A stretch of DNA of 64,000 nucleotides. Source: Malacoraja senta (Eukaryota). The stretch lies in contig CM075981.1 of the NCBI GenBank assembly GCA_038087875.1, positions 57,660,001 through 57,724,000 on the forward strand. Direction: 5' to 3'. The stretch's first letter is position 1. Every line of letters starts with the position of its first letter. Below are positions 37,801-46,900 of the stretch, one piece after another. The translations under genes were made by a program, and so were the position numbers. The notes under the pieces are model-generated. The model was not told where the DNA came from. It searched no databases and saw only the letters and a program-made list of their open reading frames with translations.

Positions 37801-40234
37801 TGTACTGGAGGACAGAGGATCTAAGGGGGTAGAGGAACTGAAAGAAATTTTCATTAGGCGAGAAATAGTATTGGGTAGGCTAATGGGACTGAAGGATGAT
37901 AAATCCCCTGGGCCTGATGGTCTGCATCCCAGGGTCCTCAGGAATGTGGCTCTAGAAATAGTGGACGCATTGGTGATCATTTTCCGATGTTCAATAGATT
38001 CAGGATCAGTTCCTGTGGATTGGAGGATAGCTAATGTTATCCCACTTTTCAAGAAAGGAGCGAGAAAGAAAACAGGGAATTACAGACCAGTTAGCCTGAC
38101 TTTGGTGGTGGGAAAGATGCTGGAGTCAGTTATTAAAGAGGTAATAATGGGACAATTGGATAGCAGTAAAAGGATTAGTCCAAGTCAACATGGATTTATG
38201 AAAGGGAAATCATGCTTGACTAATCTTCTGGAATTTTTTGAGGATGTGACAAGTAAAATGGATGAAGGGGTGCCAGTGGATGTAGTGTATCTAGACTTTC
38301 AGAAAGCCTTTGGTAAGGTCCCGCACGGGAGACTGGTGACTAAAATTATAGCACATGGTATTGGGGGTAGGGTGTTGAGAAAATGGATAGAAAATTGGTT
38401 GGCAGACCGGAAGCAAAGAGTAAGAGTGAACGGGTCCTTTTCAGAATGGCAGGCAGTGGAGAGTGGAGTGCCGCAAGGCTCAGTGTGTTGGGGCCGCAAC
38501 TGTTTACCATATATATTAATGATTTGGAAGAGAGAATTAGGAGCAACACTAGCAAGTTTGCGGATGATACAAAGCTGGGTGGCAGTGTGAACAGTGAAGA
38601 GGATGTTAGGAGGTTGCAGGGTGGTTTAAGATAGTGATGGGGAGAAATTTCTTCTTTGGTTTACCATTTTTTAGCATTCTGTACCCGAGTAAACTATAAA
38701 GGCAGAATTTAAGGCAGGTATGTAGTACCAAGGACCAGATCTTATTGAACAGTGGATTAAGTCTGATAATCATATGGCTTACCTACTTGGAATTTCTTAA
38801 CAATAAGGCATTAAAAATGTAATACAATTTTAACTTGTTTCAGGCATGCAGTTCTGCTTTTTGTTTTATTCTAATTATATTTTTGGGGTAATTAAAATAA
38901 ACAAGTACTAGCTTGCCTTCCATTCGATTTAGCAAACAACTGATTAAAAACCAGGCATTAAAAAAAAAACATTTCATTGGTACATCTAGTTATGATTCCA
39001 AAAACTATACTTGATAAGTGAATTACATTTTTTAATGTTTCTTTTTAAATAACTCCTCTTCTTTTAAGGTTGTGAAGGCATTTGTCATTCTAGCTCCAAC
39101 TTTCACCTCACATGATCCCGATAAGTTAATTGAAGAACTACAAGAACACGTTAAGAAAATCACAGCACCATATAAGTACCCAAGGAAGGTTGGTATTCTG
39201 TCTTTAATGACTCAAGCTTAGTGATAGCTGTCAAAATTATGGCTATTATTCATATGCTAGTCATCTAGACACCATGATGAATGACCACGTTATTGTGGTA
39301 TTGTGCACTGTTATTGTAGTTTTGGATGTAACCATTTTCACATGTTAAAATGCTTAAAATACACATGGAATCTACCTCTTGAATCCATCCCCAACAAAAA
39401 TGCCTGGAGTTCTCTTGGGACATTTCATTTAAACTCTACTTCTATAGATATATGGAGGGAGAATGCATGCATAATACATGAATAATTGTGGAAGTGAATG
39501 GAGAAAATTTATTAGTTTGCTTTCTTTAAAATATCACATTTTCAGAATAACCTTAAATGTGTCAGAATTTCACTTCAATTTCTTGGTTAAAAAGTACGTG
39601 TAGTTCTGCTATAGTTGTGTTCTTAAGAAACAGTACATGATTGAGAGAAAAACATTGTAAAATACATCTTGTCAATGGAGAAAAGGGCTAGAGAGTGACT
39701 CGCAGCAACTTTGTTTTCCCCGTAAAAGGTCTTTTTACTAACCAAAAGCTTTATTTTTGTTACTGCTAGCTAAAAATACAAAAGACTGTATGTGACATTG
39801 TTTAACAGAGTATCATTGAACATGGGTCAATAGCAGCAGCAATTGCTTATCAATTTCATTGGCTACCTACGGTGAGACTGGATTCTAGAGAAAATGGTGC
39901 CTGATTACTGTGGGGAAGTTACATGGAAAGTTTTTTCCCCCCACTAGATTATTCGTTTCAAGACAGATTTTTCTCTGCTTGTGGTTCTCTGGTACCCGAC
40001 CAAAATCTCATTGTAATCAATTTGGCCCACGTAAAACAAAGTTCCCTGATTCAGCATTCGCATTATATCCATTTTGCATAACGGAAATGTGCCTTGTAGC
40101 AGAAATACCTCTACTCATCATTGCCCACTTGTTTTTTTTCTTCATAGATTGAATTTGTGAAGGAACTGCCCAAGACTATCAGTGGGAAAATCAAAAGAAT
40201 TGAGTTACGAAGGAAAGAATGGGAAAAGCATTAA
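16589..40234 (+). CDS. ACSM3: Acyl-CoA synthetase medium-chain family member 3 (mitochondrial), complete; 13 coding exons, 1800 nt, 599 aa
   Basis: join(16589-16846,17262-17472,19004-19211,22349-22492,23821-23977,28655-28734,30165-30288,31175-31255,33178-33279,35092-35219,36005-36104,39069-39188,40148-40234). All introns are GT-AG and the phases are consistent. Motifs [35 protein letters not shown]. Lies between THUMPD1 and ERI2. Confidence 0.95.
17262..17472 (+). CDS. ACSM3: ACSM3 coding exon 2
   Basis: ag|[12 protein letters not shown]...[14 protein letters not shown]|gtaaat. Confidence 0.95.
18813..18965. mobile_element. Inverted pair of hammerhead-type Penelope pLTR repeats (a further minus-strand copy at ~18043-18131)
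   Basis: Minus-strand core CTGAAAAAGGGTTCCAACCCGAAACGTC (~18865-18894); agacacaaagtgct ... agcactttgtgtct arms. Confidence 0.7.
19004..19211 (+). CDS. ACSM3: ACSM3 coding exon 3
   Basis: ag|[27 protein letters not shown]...GWMNFHELY|gttagt. Confidence 0.95.
19396..19632 (+). mobile_element. HE1/V-SINE-type SINE, internally deleted
   Basis: tggcgcagc..agagctgctgtctcacagcgccagagacc-agagttcgatcc head; gtgggccaaagggcctgttt tail. Confidence 0.8.
20054..20225 (+). mobile_element. Left end of a second Tc1-family element, inserted in a (TA)n tract
   Basis: atatatatata|CAGTGCCCTCCATAATGTTTG...; no matching right end found. Confidence 0.6.
22349..22492 (+). CDS. ACSM3: ACSM3 coding exon 4 (AMP-binding P-loop)
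   Basis: [23 protein letters not shown]; ag/gt boundaries. Confidence 0.95.
23821..23977 (+). CDS. ACSM3: ACSM3 coding exon 5
   Basis: [24 protein letters not shown]...HVLE|gtaagt. Confidence 0.95.
25531..26217 (+). mobile_element. Penelope-like retroelement 3' part: GIY-YIG endonuclease remnant plus pLTR with a decayed hammerhead motif
   Basis: Translates [34 protein letters not shown] (GIY-YIG); then pyrimidine-rich UTR and gtgaagaagggtctcgaccc at 26101. Confidence 0.9.
26217..26500 (-). mobile_element. CR1 LINE 3' end
   Basis: Reverse complement of [19 protein letters not shown]...GYGEKAG plus the ggcctactcctgcac tail. Confidence 0.85.
27083..27495 (-). mobile_element. L2 LINE 3' end with (TTGAC)n tail, nested in an older CR1 (~26540-28000)
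   Basis: ORF 27218-27400 [17 protein letters not shown]...[14 protein letters not shown]; gtcaagtcaagtcaagtc tail. Confidence 0.9.
28165..28405 (-). mobile_element. HE1/V-SINE-type SINE
   Basis: tttagtttagagatac..ggaaacaggccctttcggccca tail and V-domain on the minus strand. Confidence 0.8.
28655..28734 (+). CDS. ACSM3: ACSM3 coding exon 6
   Basis: [22 protein letters not shown]; ag/gt boundaries. Confidence 0.93.
29165..29400 (+). mobile_element. HE1/V-SINE-type SINE (further copies at ~31625-31825 +, 50830-51058 +, 58745-58940 +, 62735-63005 -)
   Basis: gtggtagagttgc..ttacagcgccagagacccaggttcgatcctgactacggg head plus V-domain. Confidence 0.85.
30165..30288 (+). CDS. ACSM3: ACSM3 coding exon 7
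   Basis: [15 protein letters not shown]...[10 protein letters not shown]|gtacgt. Confidence 0.95.
31175..31255 (+). CDS. ACSM3: ACSM3 coding exon 8
   Basis: [27 protein letters not shown]|gtaaac. Confidence 0.95.
32194..33095 (+). mobile_element. Penelope-like retroelement 3' part: GIY-YIG remnant plus pLTR with an intact minimal hammerhead core
   Basis: [27 protein letters not shown]; core CTGAAGA A GGGCCTCGACCC GAAA CGTC at 32969-32996. Confidence 0.9.
33178..33279 (+). CDS. ACSM3: ACSM3 coding exon 9
   Basis: [34 protein letters not shown]|gtacgg. Confidence 0.94.
33700..34240 (-). mobile_element. Old CR1 3' fragment
   Basis: ORF 33708-33908 [22 protein letters not shown]. Confidence 0.75.
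34616..34961. mobile_element. PIF/Harbinger-type MITE
   Basis: TIR AGGGCCTGTCCCAC/GTGGGACAGGCCCT, TAA TSD (34613-34615 and 34962-34964), repeated internal TGTCGCC motifs. Confidence 0.88.
35092..35219 (+). CDS. ACSM3: ACSM3 coding exon 10
   Basis: [43 protein letters not shown]. Confidence 0.95.
36005..36104 (+). CDS. ACSM3: ACSM3 coding exon 11
   Basis: [33 protein letters not shown]|gtatgt. Confidence 0.95.
37105..38625 (+). mobile_element. CR1 ORF2 internal fragment (linker plus RT), frameshifted, within older CR1 debris
   Basis: ORFs 37207-37752 and 37709-38590: [52 protein letters not shown]. Confidence 0.93.
39069..39188 (+). CDS. ACSM3: ACSM3 coding exon 12
   Basis: [10 protein letters not shown]...[17 protein letters not shown]|gttggt. 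Confidence 0.95.
40148..40234 (+). CDS. ACSM3: ACSM3 last coding exon
   Basis: [28 protein letters not shown]. Confidence 0.95.
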   Translation: MEFVKELPKTISGKIKRIELRRKEWEKH

Positions 40235-42523
40235 AATTGAAATAATTGATGTGCAACATCCTTGAATGGAATCAACTTTACCTTTTATATTAAACTTGAT
40301 TTCAACACAATTATAAATTGCATGTTTACTTTTTTTGCTTTGTACAATTACAAGGTGCAACAGGTTTTGTTCAAAAGGGAGGCATTATAAAGTTTTTGAT
40401 GTCCTTTTACCTGCTGTCGACATTAAGATGAAGAACAAAGCAATATTTACTTATTATCATTGTGCAAAAGAGCCATTATATAACTATTACAATGTTAGAG
40501 ATTACACATTTAAGTGAACTGCTCGAGTACCTAAAGTTCAAAATAATACTCATGTTGTACTCAGTACAACATTGGCTTTATTCAATTCATTTCAAAGATA
40601 GAATCTTTTTATAAATTTAAAGTAACATTGCAGTCCAGCTTTGATGAATTCTGCAAAATGCTGCAAATGATTATAGTTCAGGAGTGAGTAAAGTAGAACT
40701 CCAGTCATATTAGTCTTACATTATTAATTGACCACATGATCTACTAGGATAGCAGAGATCAGTTATGATGTAAAGTGCCAACGAAATCACGATTTCCAAG
40801 TATTTTAATCTCAAATATAATTTTACAGAACATAACTAGATACCCATACAGTTTATAATCTAATGTGGTTGAATCTCATTGCCTTGTAAATGACAATTGC
40901 TGCCATGTCTTTAATAAGCAGCACCAAACCAAACATTATGCAAGAGCCAATTGCACTTTTATAGTTATGGATGGAAGTACCCAGCCAATTTATATAATTC
41001 TACATGTCATTAACAGGAGAGGAATCCATGGACAAAGCCAAAAGCTATAGACACTGGCAAACAGTTGAAGCACTGAAGACTAGCTAGCTGTTCTGGTGTA
41101 GCCGAGAAACAGAAGATAAATTATACAAGTATGTGTACTTGAGAAAGTACCAGGTATCAAAAGTGTTCCTTTTCTCAGTCCTGTTTCACCACCGCCAGAC
41201 AACACAATTGGGAGTCTGCTTTGTAACATTAATAAATGTACAACATAAACTGAACAATTATCTGCAGATAATCTAAATTTATCTATCAGACTTCTCTCCA
41301 CAGTAGTTTGCTATTACATAATGATTTTGCTATTATTTCTTTTTTGTGGTCGTTTTCTTTGTTACATATCAATAAAAGCCTCCCTTATAAGGGCCTGTTT
41401 ACACACTGTATGACTATAACAAGACTGCTGTGTGCCTGCCTGCGCTTTAGGAGTCTATACATTAAGCAGCAAACGTTTTTTGTTAAATTCAACAAAGTCT
41501 GTATCCCACATATGGGAAGAGTTCTAAAGCTCTTCATTTGTGCAACAAATTAATTTACAGACTTTCAAAAAAATGATTGAATAGTTTTTTATTATAAAAA
41601 AAAACATTTAGCATCTTATGCCCCAGCATCACAAAGTACTTATTTCTGCTGTGCAGTTACTTCATAAGGAACACAAGTATAAAAATAAAATTCAAATATT
41701 AAAAACATTTATACGTAGTTCAAATGAGACAATCATGGAACCAGACATGTTCTGTTGAATGATACTTTCCTTCCCTCAAAAAAAGTTAGCATTTAGCTAA
41801 ACAATAATTAAGGACTTGGTTATCAAACTGGAATTTATAAGTTAGTGTTAAAAACCAAATGAAACCAGCATCAAAAGTTCAAATTTAACCTCCATCATAA
41901 TTGGATTTGCACATAATTTTTGATTGGCGAAGTCAATTCCTCATTACACCATCAAACAACAGAAAAACACAAGAGAAGTTTAAAATGTTGACATTGACGT
42001 TTCTTTTTGTACTGTTTTGTTTTAAAAAAGCACCAGTGGTTCATCATCACAACTAAACTCACTGATTACCAAGATACTGAAAATTGTTGAAAATGAGATG
42101 GTGATGGGAAATAATAGCAAGTAAAGAGATGCGTACACACAGAAACATGCACACAGACTAATATTAATCAGGAGAATTTGGGGCTAATTGCAATTCTCAT
42201 CCTGACCCAAACAAATGAGCACTTCCTCATTTAGACATGTAGATGCATAATTAGTATCATGGAATAAATCTCAGGTCAAAGCTTCAGAAAAGAGGTTTGA
42301 AAGAAACTGGGTGGAACTCTTTTCCAGGGGCAAATATATGAATGCTTAAACATTATGTGCATTTAGTTTAAGTACATAGGTTATAAAATGTCTAATAAAG
42401 AAAGTTGAGTGTACTTTAAAAATATTATGGCACACTACGATACCTCAACCTTTCTGCAGACCAGAATAATTTGCTGCTTTATAAACTACATTAAATACAA
42501 CCAATCCAGACAAAATTACATTG

Positions 42524-43900
42524 TTAATTTTGGAGGGAAAATTGGAGGTCTAGAGGTTTCCTTTGGGAAGAAGGAAAGTCTCCAGTTGAAGCAGTACCAA
42601 ATTTATTTACAAAGGAGGCTGGAGAACTTTTCTCCTTCTTCAATGCCCACTCCCACTTAAAGTACCCACAACCCTTGCTAGTGCCTGCATTTAGTTTCCC
42701 CTTTGTACAGGAATAGAAGACTTTCCCTTGGTTTGGCCCTGCCTTTGACACAGTTAGCCGCTTGGCTCTACGACCACAACCACACAGCGGAGGGGTAATC
42801 TTTTCACCATTAAATTTACACTGTGCTAGATATGAATAGTTTGTGGCAGGAACAGGAACAACTCTTGAATCTGCCTTCTTAATTGAGGGTAGAGGTAACA
42901 AGTTTTTGTCAGAATATATAGTGAATGATTGCTTCTTAGAAATGGGTGGTTTGAAGGGACTTGAAAGGGTTTCTTTTCTTTTAACACCAGCAGATAAAGA
43001 GTTATTTGATCTTGAGGACAGAACAGAAGGCAATAAAGACTCGGTGCCTGCATTGAAAAATCTGGACTGGACTTGTGGAATCTTCACCTTTGGTGCTTTA
43101 AAGATAGACTGGTCTTTTACTTGCTTCATAACTTCAGCGACATCATATATTGCTCTTTGTATGTTCCTATGTACCACCTCCTGATGCTTTTTGGTTTCTG
43201 TCAATTTGCCATCCTTTATGTTTAGTGGTAAATCTAGAATTGGACAGTCTTCTGTCGTGCATTCTCTGTCAATCCAACTTGATTCTTCAAAGTTTGTCCC
43301 TTGTTCTCGAAGGTTTGTTGCATGATCATTACCCGATAGAGGTAGCACTGCAGAATCTTCCCAATATTCCCAGGGAACCTCGGACTCTGAGCAGCTAACA
43401 TCCAGATTAGAGGTACTGGTGACCGAGTCAATAGTAGTGGACACAAGCAACTTGTTGTTTACAGTTTCATTGGGTTTACTTTCTTCAACACCCACTACAA
43501 TTCGACTTTTAATATTGTTGCTCACACAGACTTGAGGTTTCTGTGCTTTACTGTGATCAATGGATGTAGTAAGTCCATTGATTAGAGTCCTGGGGGATAT
43601 TAAACTCTGATAATGAGCATTTGCATCACTGCCATTTCCACAGTCAATGGTCGCCATGTGTTGCCTACCTGTTTTAGTCAAAGTTGGTAAAATTGTATTA
43701 TGGTGTTTTACTGTGACTTTACTTTCACAGTGTGTGTTCATCTGCTTGCTTTCCACTATCTTTGTGTTACGAGAACCAATTTCAGAAAACAACCCAGTTC
43801 TACACCCATTGTACGGGTTTTCAGAAGAGGGACTTGCTTTGCCACCGGGAAGAGAGTTTGCAGTCGGTAATCTTGCAACCAGATTTTTCATGGGAGCAAC
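42524..43900 (-). CDS. ERI2: ERI2 last exon (low-complexity linker plus GRF zinc finger)
   Basis: 455-aa ORF extended to the acceptor tttag|GTTGCTCCC; PPLCGCGRRAKRLTVSKAGPNQGKVFYSC..GCGYFKWE. Confidence 0.95.
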   Translation of the reverse strand, partial: VAPMKNLVARLPTANSLPGGKASPSSENPYNGCRTGLFSEIGSRNTKIVESKQMNTHCESKVTVKHHNTILPTLTKTGRQHMATIDCGNGSDANAHYQSLISPRTLINGLTTSIDHSKAQKPQVCVSNNIKSRIVVGVEESKPNETVNNKLLVSTTIDSVTSTSNLDVSCSESEVPWEYWEDSAVLPLSGNDHATNLREQGTNFEESSWIDRECTTEDCPILDLPLNIKDGKLTETKKHQEVVHRNIQRAIYDVAEVMKQVKDQSIFKAPKVKIPQVQSRFFNAGTESLLPSVLSSRSNNSLSAGVKRKETLSSPFKPPISKKQSFTIYSDKNLLPLPSIKKADSRVVPVPATNYSYLAQCKFNGEKITPPLCGCGRRAKRLTVSKAGPNQGKVFYSCTKGKLNAGTSKGCGYFKWEWALKKEKSSPASFVNKFGTASTGDFPSSQRKPLDLQFSLQN

Positions 43901-46900
43901 CTAAAGAAAAAGCCACAAAAATTGGAATTAACGCAGGATCAGACAGATTCTGAACGTGTAACAAATCTCATTTGACATCTCAGATGTAATCACAAAGGTC
44001 TGACAGATGAAAGTAAAGAACTCACCAATGGTCACTCACCCTGTCCAGCGATTTGGTGATGTTCATGGTACAGCCATCACAGATCATCTGCCAGGCAAGA
44101 TGAGCAGTGTTGCGGGCATCATCCAAGCCTTGGAAAGTCACATTTTCAAAGAATTAAGAGAAGTAAAAAACTCAAAACATAACAAACAAGCACAATGTTC
44201 TGTTTACTTCTTGGCATACATTTAGGGAATTCTTGCTTGGTATACAAAATTTGACTCATTTTATAGCTAATAGTCATCTTTAAGGGAAAAATGCTTTGGC
44301 TGCATTCACAGAAATCTACACATCCCATTTTCTTTGTGACAAAATTTCATGGTTTTTAACATTTATTGGATGGAATTAAATCTTGCTTGATCAAATAGAT
44401 TTCACACTTATTGTTACATCTGATTTTCCATGTGAAACCCTACTGCTAAATGCCAACTGCTGCTATACAATACAGCTGAATTAAGGATTTAGATAACATA
44501 AAACAGGCTGCAGCAGGAGAATAGATACTTGTCCACTATTGTCTTCTAATTCCACTCCTCCCTCTCTTAGCTCCATCTGCCCCTTATACCCCACCTCTTC
44601 TCAATCCGACTGACCCCCTCTCCTTTTAAATGGCCACTTTGCCTCTCCACTCAGTCCTGATGCAGGGCCTTGACCTAAAAACACTGACAATTCCTTTCCA
44701 ACCCCAGCCGCCCTCTCCACAGACGTTGCTCAACGTGCAGAGTTTGATTTTGTTGTTGTTGTAGAAGCACAAGCTGCCAGATCGCCATTTAGTGATGAAG
44801 TAAACGATACAATTGTTGCAGTGATTATAGTTTGGATCAGGAGAGAAAAAAAGTTCCCCTGGGCACAAATGTAAAATAAGGTCAGAACTGTTCATGAAGT
44901 CAAGTCAAGTCACATTTATTTATATAGCACATTTAAAAAACAACTCTCGTTGGCCAAAGTGGTTTACATTTGTTATAAGAATAATATAAACAAACAAACT
45001 ACATACATATATACATATAGCCCTCGCTCAGAGGATGTCAAGAAAGGCTTGGGGAGTGTAGATAAGTTTTTAGTCTTGACTTAAAGGAGTCGATGGAGGG
45101 GGCAGTTCTGATGGGAAGGGGGATGCTGTTCCACAGTCTAGGAGCTGCAACCGCAAAGGCGCTGTCGCCCCTGAGCTTATGCCTAGACCGCGGGATATTC
45201 AGCAACCCCAAGTCGGCTGATCTGAGGGGCCTGGAGGTGGAGTGGTGGGTGAGAAGTGGGGGCAAGCCCATTGAGGGCTTTGTAGACATAGAGGAGGATC
45301 TTGAAATGTATACGGAACCGCACAGGGAGCCAGTGGAGAGAGGCCAGGATCGGGGTGATGTGGTCCCTTTTTCGGGTGCCCGTCAGGAGTCTCGCTGTGG
45401 AGTTTTGGACCAGTTGCAGGCGGGACAGGGAAGATTGGCTGATGCCAGTGTAAAGGGAGTTCAGGATGAAGTCAGGATGCTCTTCTTCACAGTAAGTGTT
45501 TAAAAAAATGGATTTATTGGGGCTGATAATTAATCAAGCATTTCAAACTTGAAAATGCATTATATTTGTTAGGTAAAATATAAAGGTCTAATACTGCCAA
45601 AGTAGGTAAATCAATGTAGGATACATATCAGCCAATGGCAGAACCTACTTCAGGTGCAGAACACAACTGTTACTATGTAAAACACAAAGTGCTGGAGTAA
45701 CTCAGAGTAAATTCAGAGTATACTCCTGCACAGGTTTCAGTATTGCTAGCAAGACATACAATATGTAATGTACGACACATACCAGAGTGTTCATGACCTG
45801 AAAAGACCATGCCCAGATCTTGCAAAGCTCCATTTAAACCCTTTGGCTTCCGGTTATAGAACACCTGCCAGACAAATACACGTCAATTCAAATCATTCCC
45901 CACCAAAAACTCAACAAGCACGTTAATTGGAGGTGTAGAAAATAAATGCATAACATTAAAACACATTATGAATTTTTTTTTAATCCACATTAATGGTAGG
46001 GAATACGAATGCACTTTGAATATATTATGCTTCTTTTGAAAGAAAATTATTTCTAGGAGGCATCTACCTCGTTATGGGGTTTTTGTGGATCACAAGTACC
46101 AAATGTAATTGCTTAAGATGAGTAAAAGGCATAAATGGTGTGGAACTATTTATGTTGTTTAGTTTAGAGATACAGAGCAGAAACTGGCCCTTTGTCCCAC
46201 TGTGTCCATGCCGACCAGCGATTCCTGTACACTGGCACTATCCTATAATAGTTGGCTAAAATTCCAGGAATCTCATCTTCCCCTATTCTTTCCTGATCCA
46301 ACACAGATTAAATTTTTACATTTTCACACTTCCCAATAAGTTTTAATCTAACCACATATAAAATTAAGATACTAAGCTTGATGGAACATCGGCTTGAAAC
46401 TTCAGAATTGAATCTCTTCTTCCACTGTAATAAGAGCCACCTGCGTTGTGGCAAAGGAGAAAGGTGGGATGTGTTGATGCTCGGAGTGGAAACTAAGCCA
46501 AACCAGTACTGATGGAGAGTGCAGGCTATGCTTTTGTCCTACTTACTTCCCATTTAGCCTTTTAGTGATACAGCATGGAAACAGGCTATTCATCCCACCG
46601 AGTCTGTAGTGGCCATTTGGCTTTATTTTGTGTATCATAAATTATGGCATTTGCCTTTAAATGTTGCCATCCTGTAATTATGTGGGTGGGATTTATTACG
46701 TAGTTGGTGCCGTGTTTGCTGCTGGGTTTCTTGCGCAGAAGCTGTTAATTTGTTAGTTTAGTTTTGGAGCCAACATGGTAGGAAGGAATATCCTTTGACC
46801 ATGTGGAGCTATGCTGAGACATGAGGAGTTTTCTAACGTTTCTAAGCGACAAGCTGAAGTTTGACGAAGATTAAAGTGTACGAGTCAAAGAAGAAGGTTG

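Noticed and set aside
42843-43953. Plus-strand ORFs overlapping the ERI2 last exon, and ORFs antisense to CR1 (54612-57477, 37398-38555)
   Set aside because: Shadow ORFs of real coding frames, with no motifs of their own.
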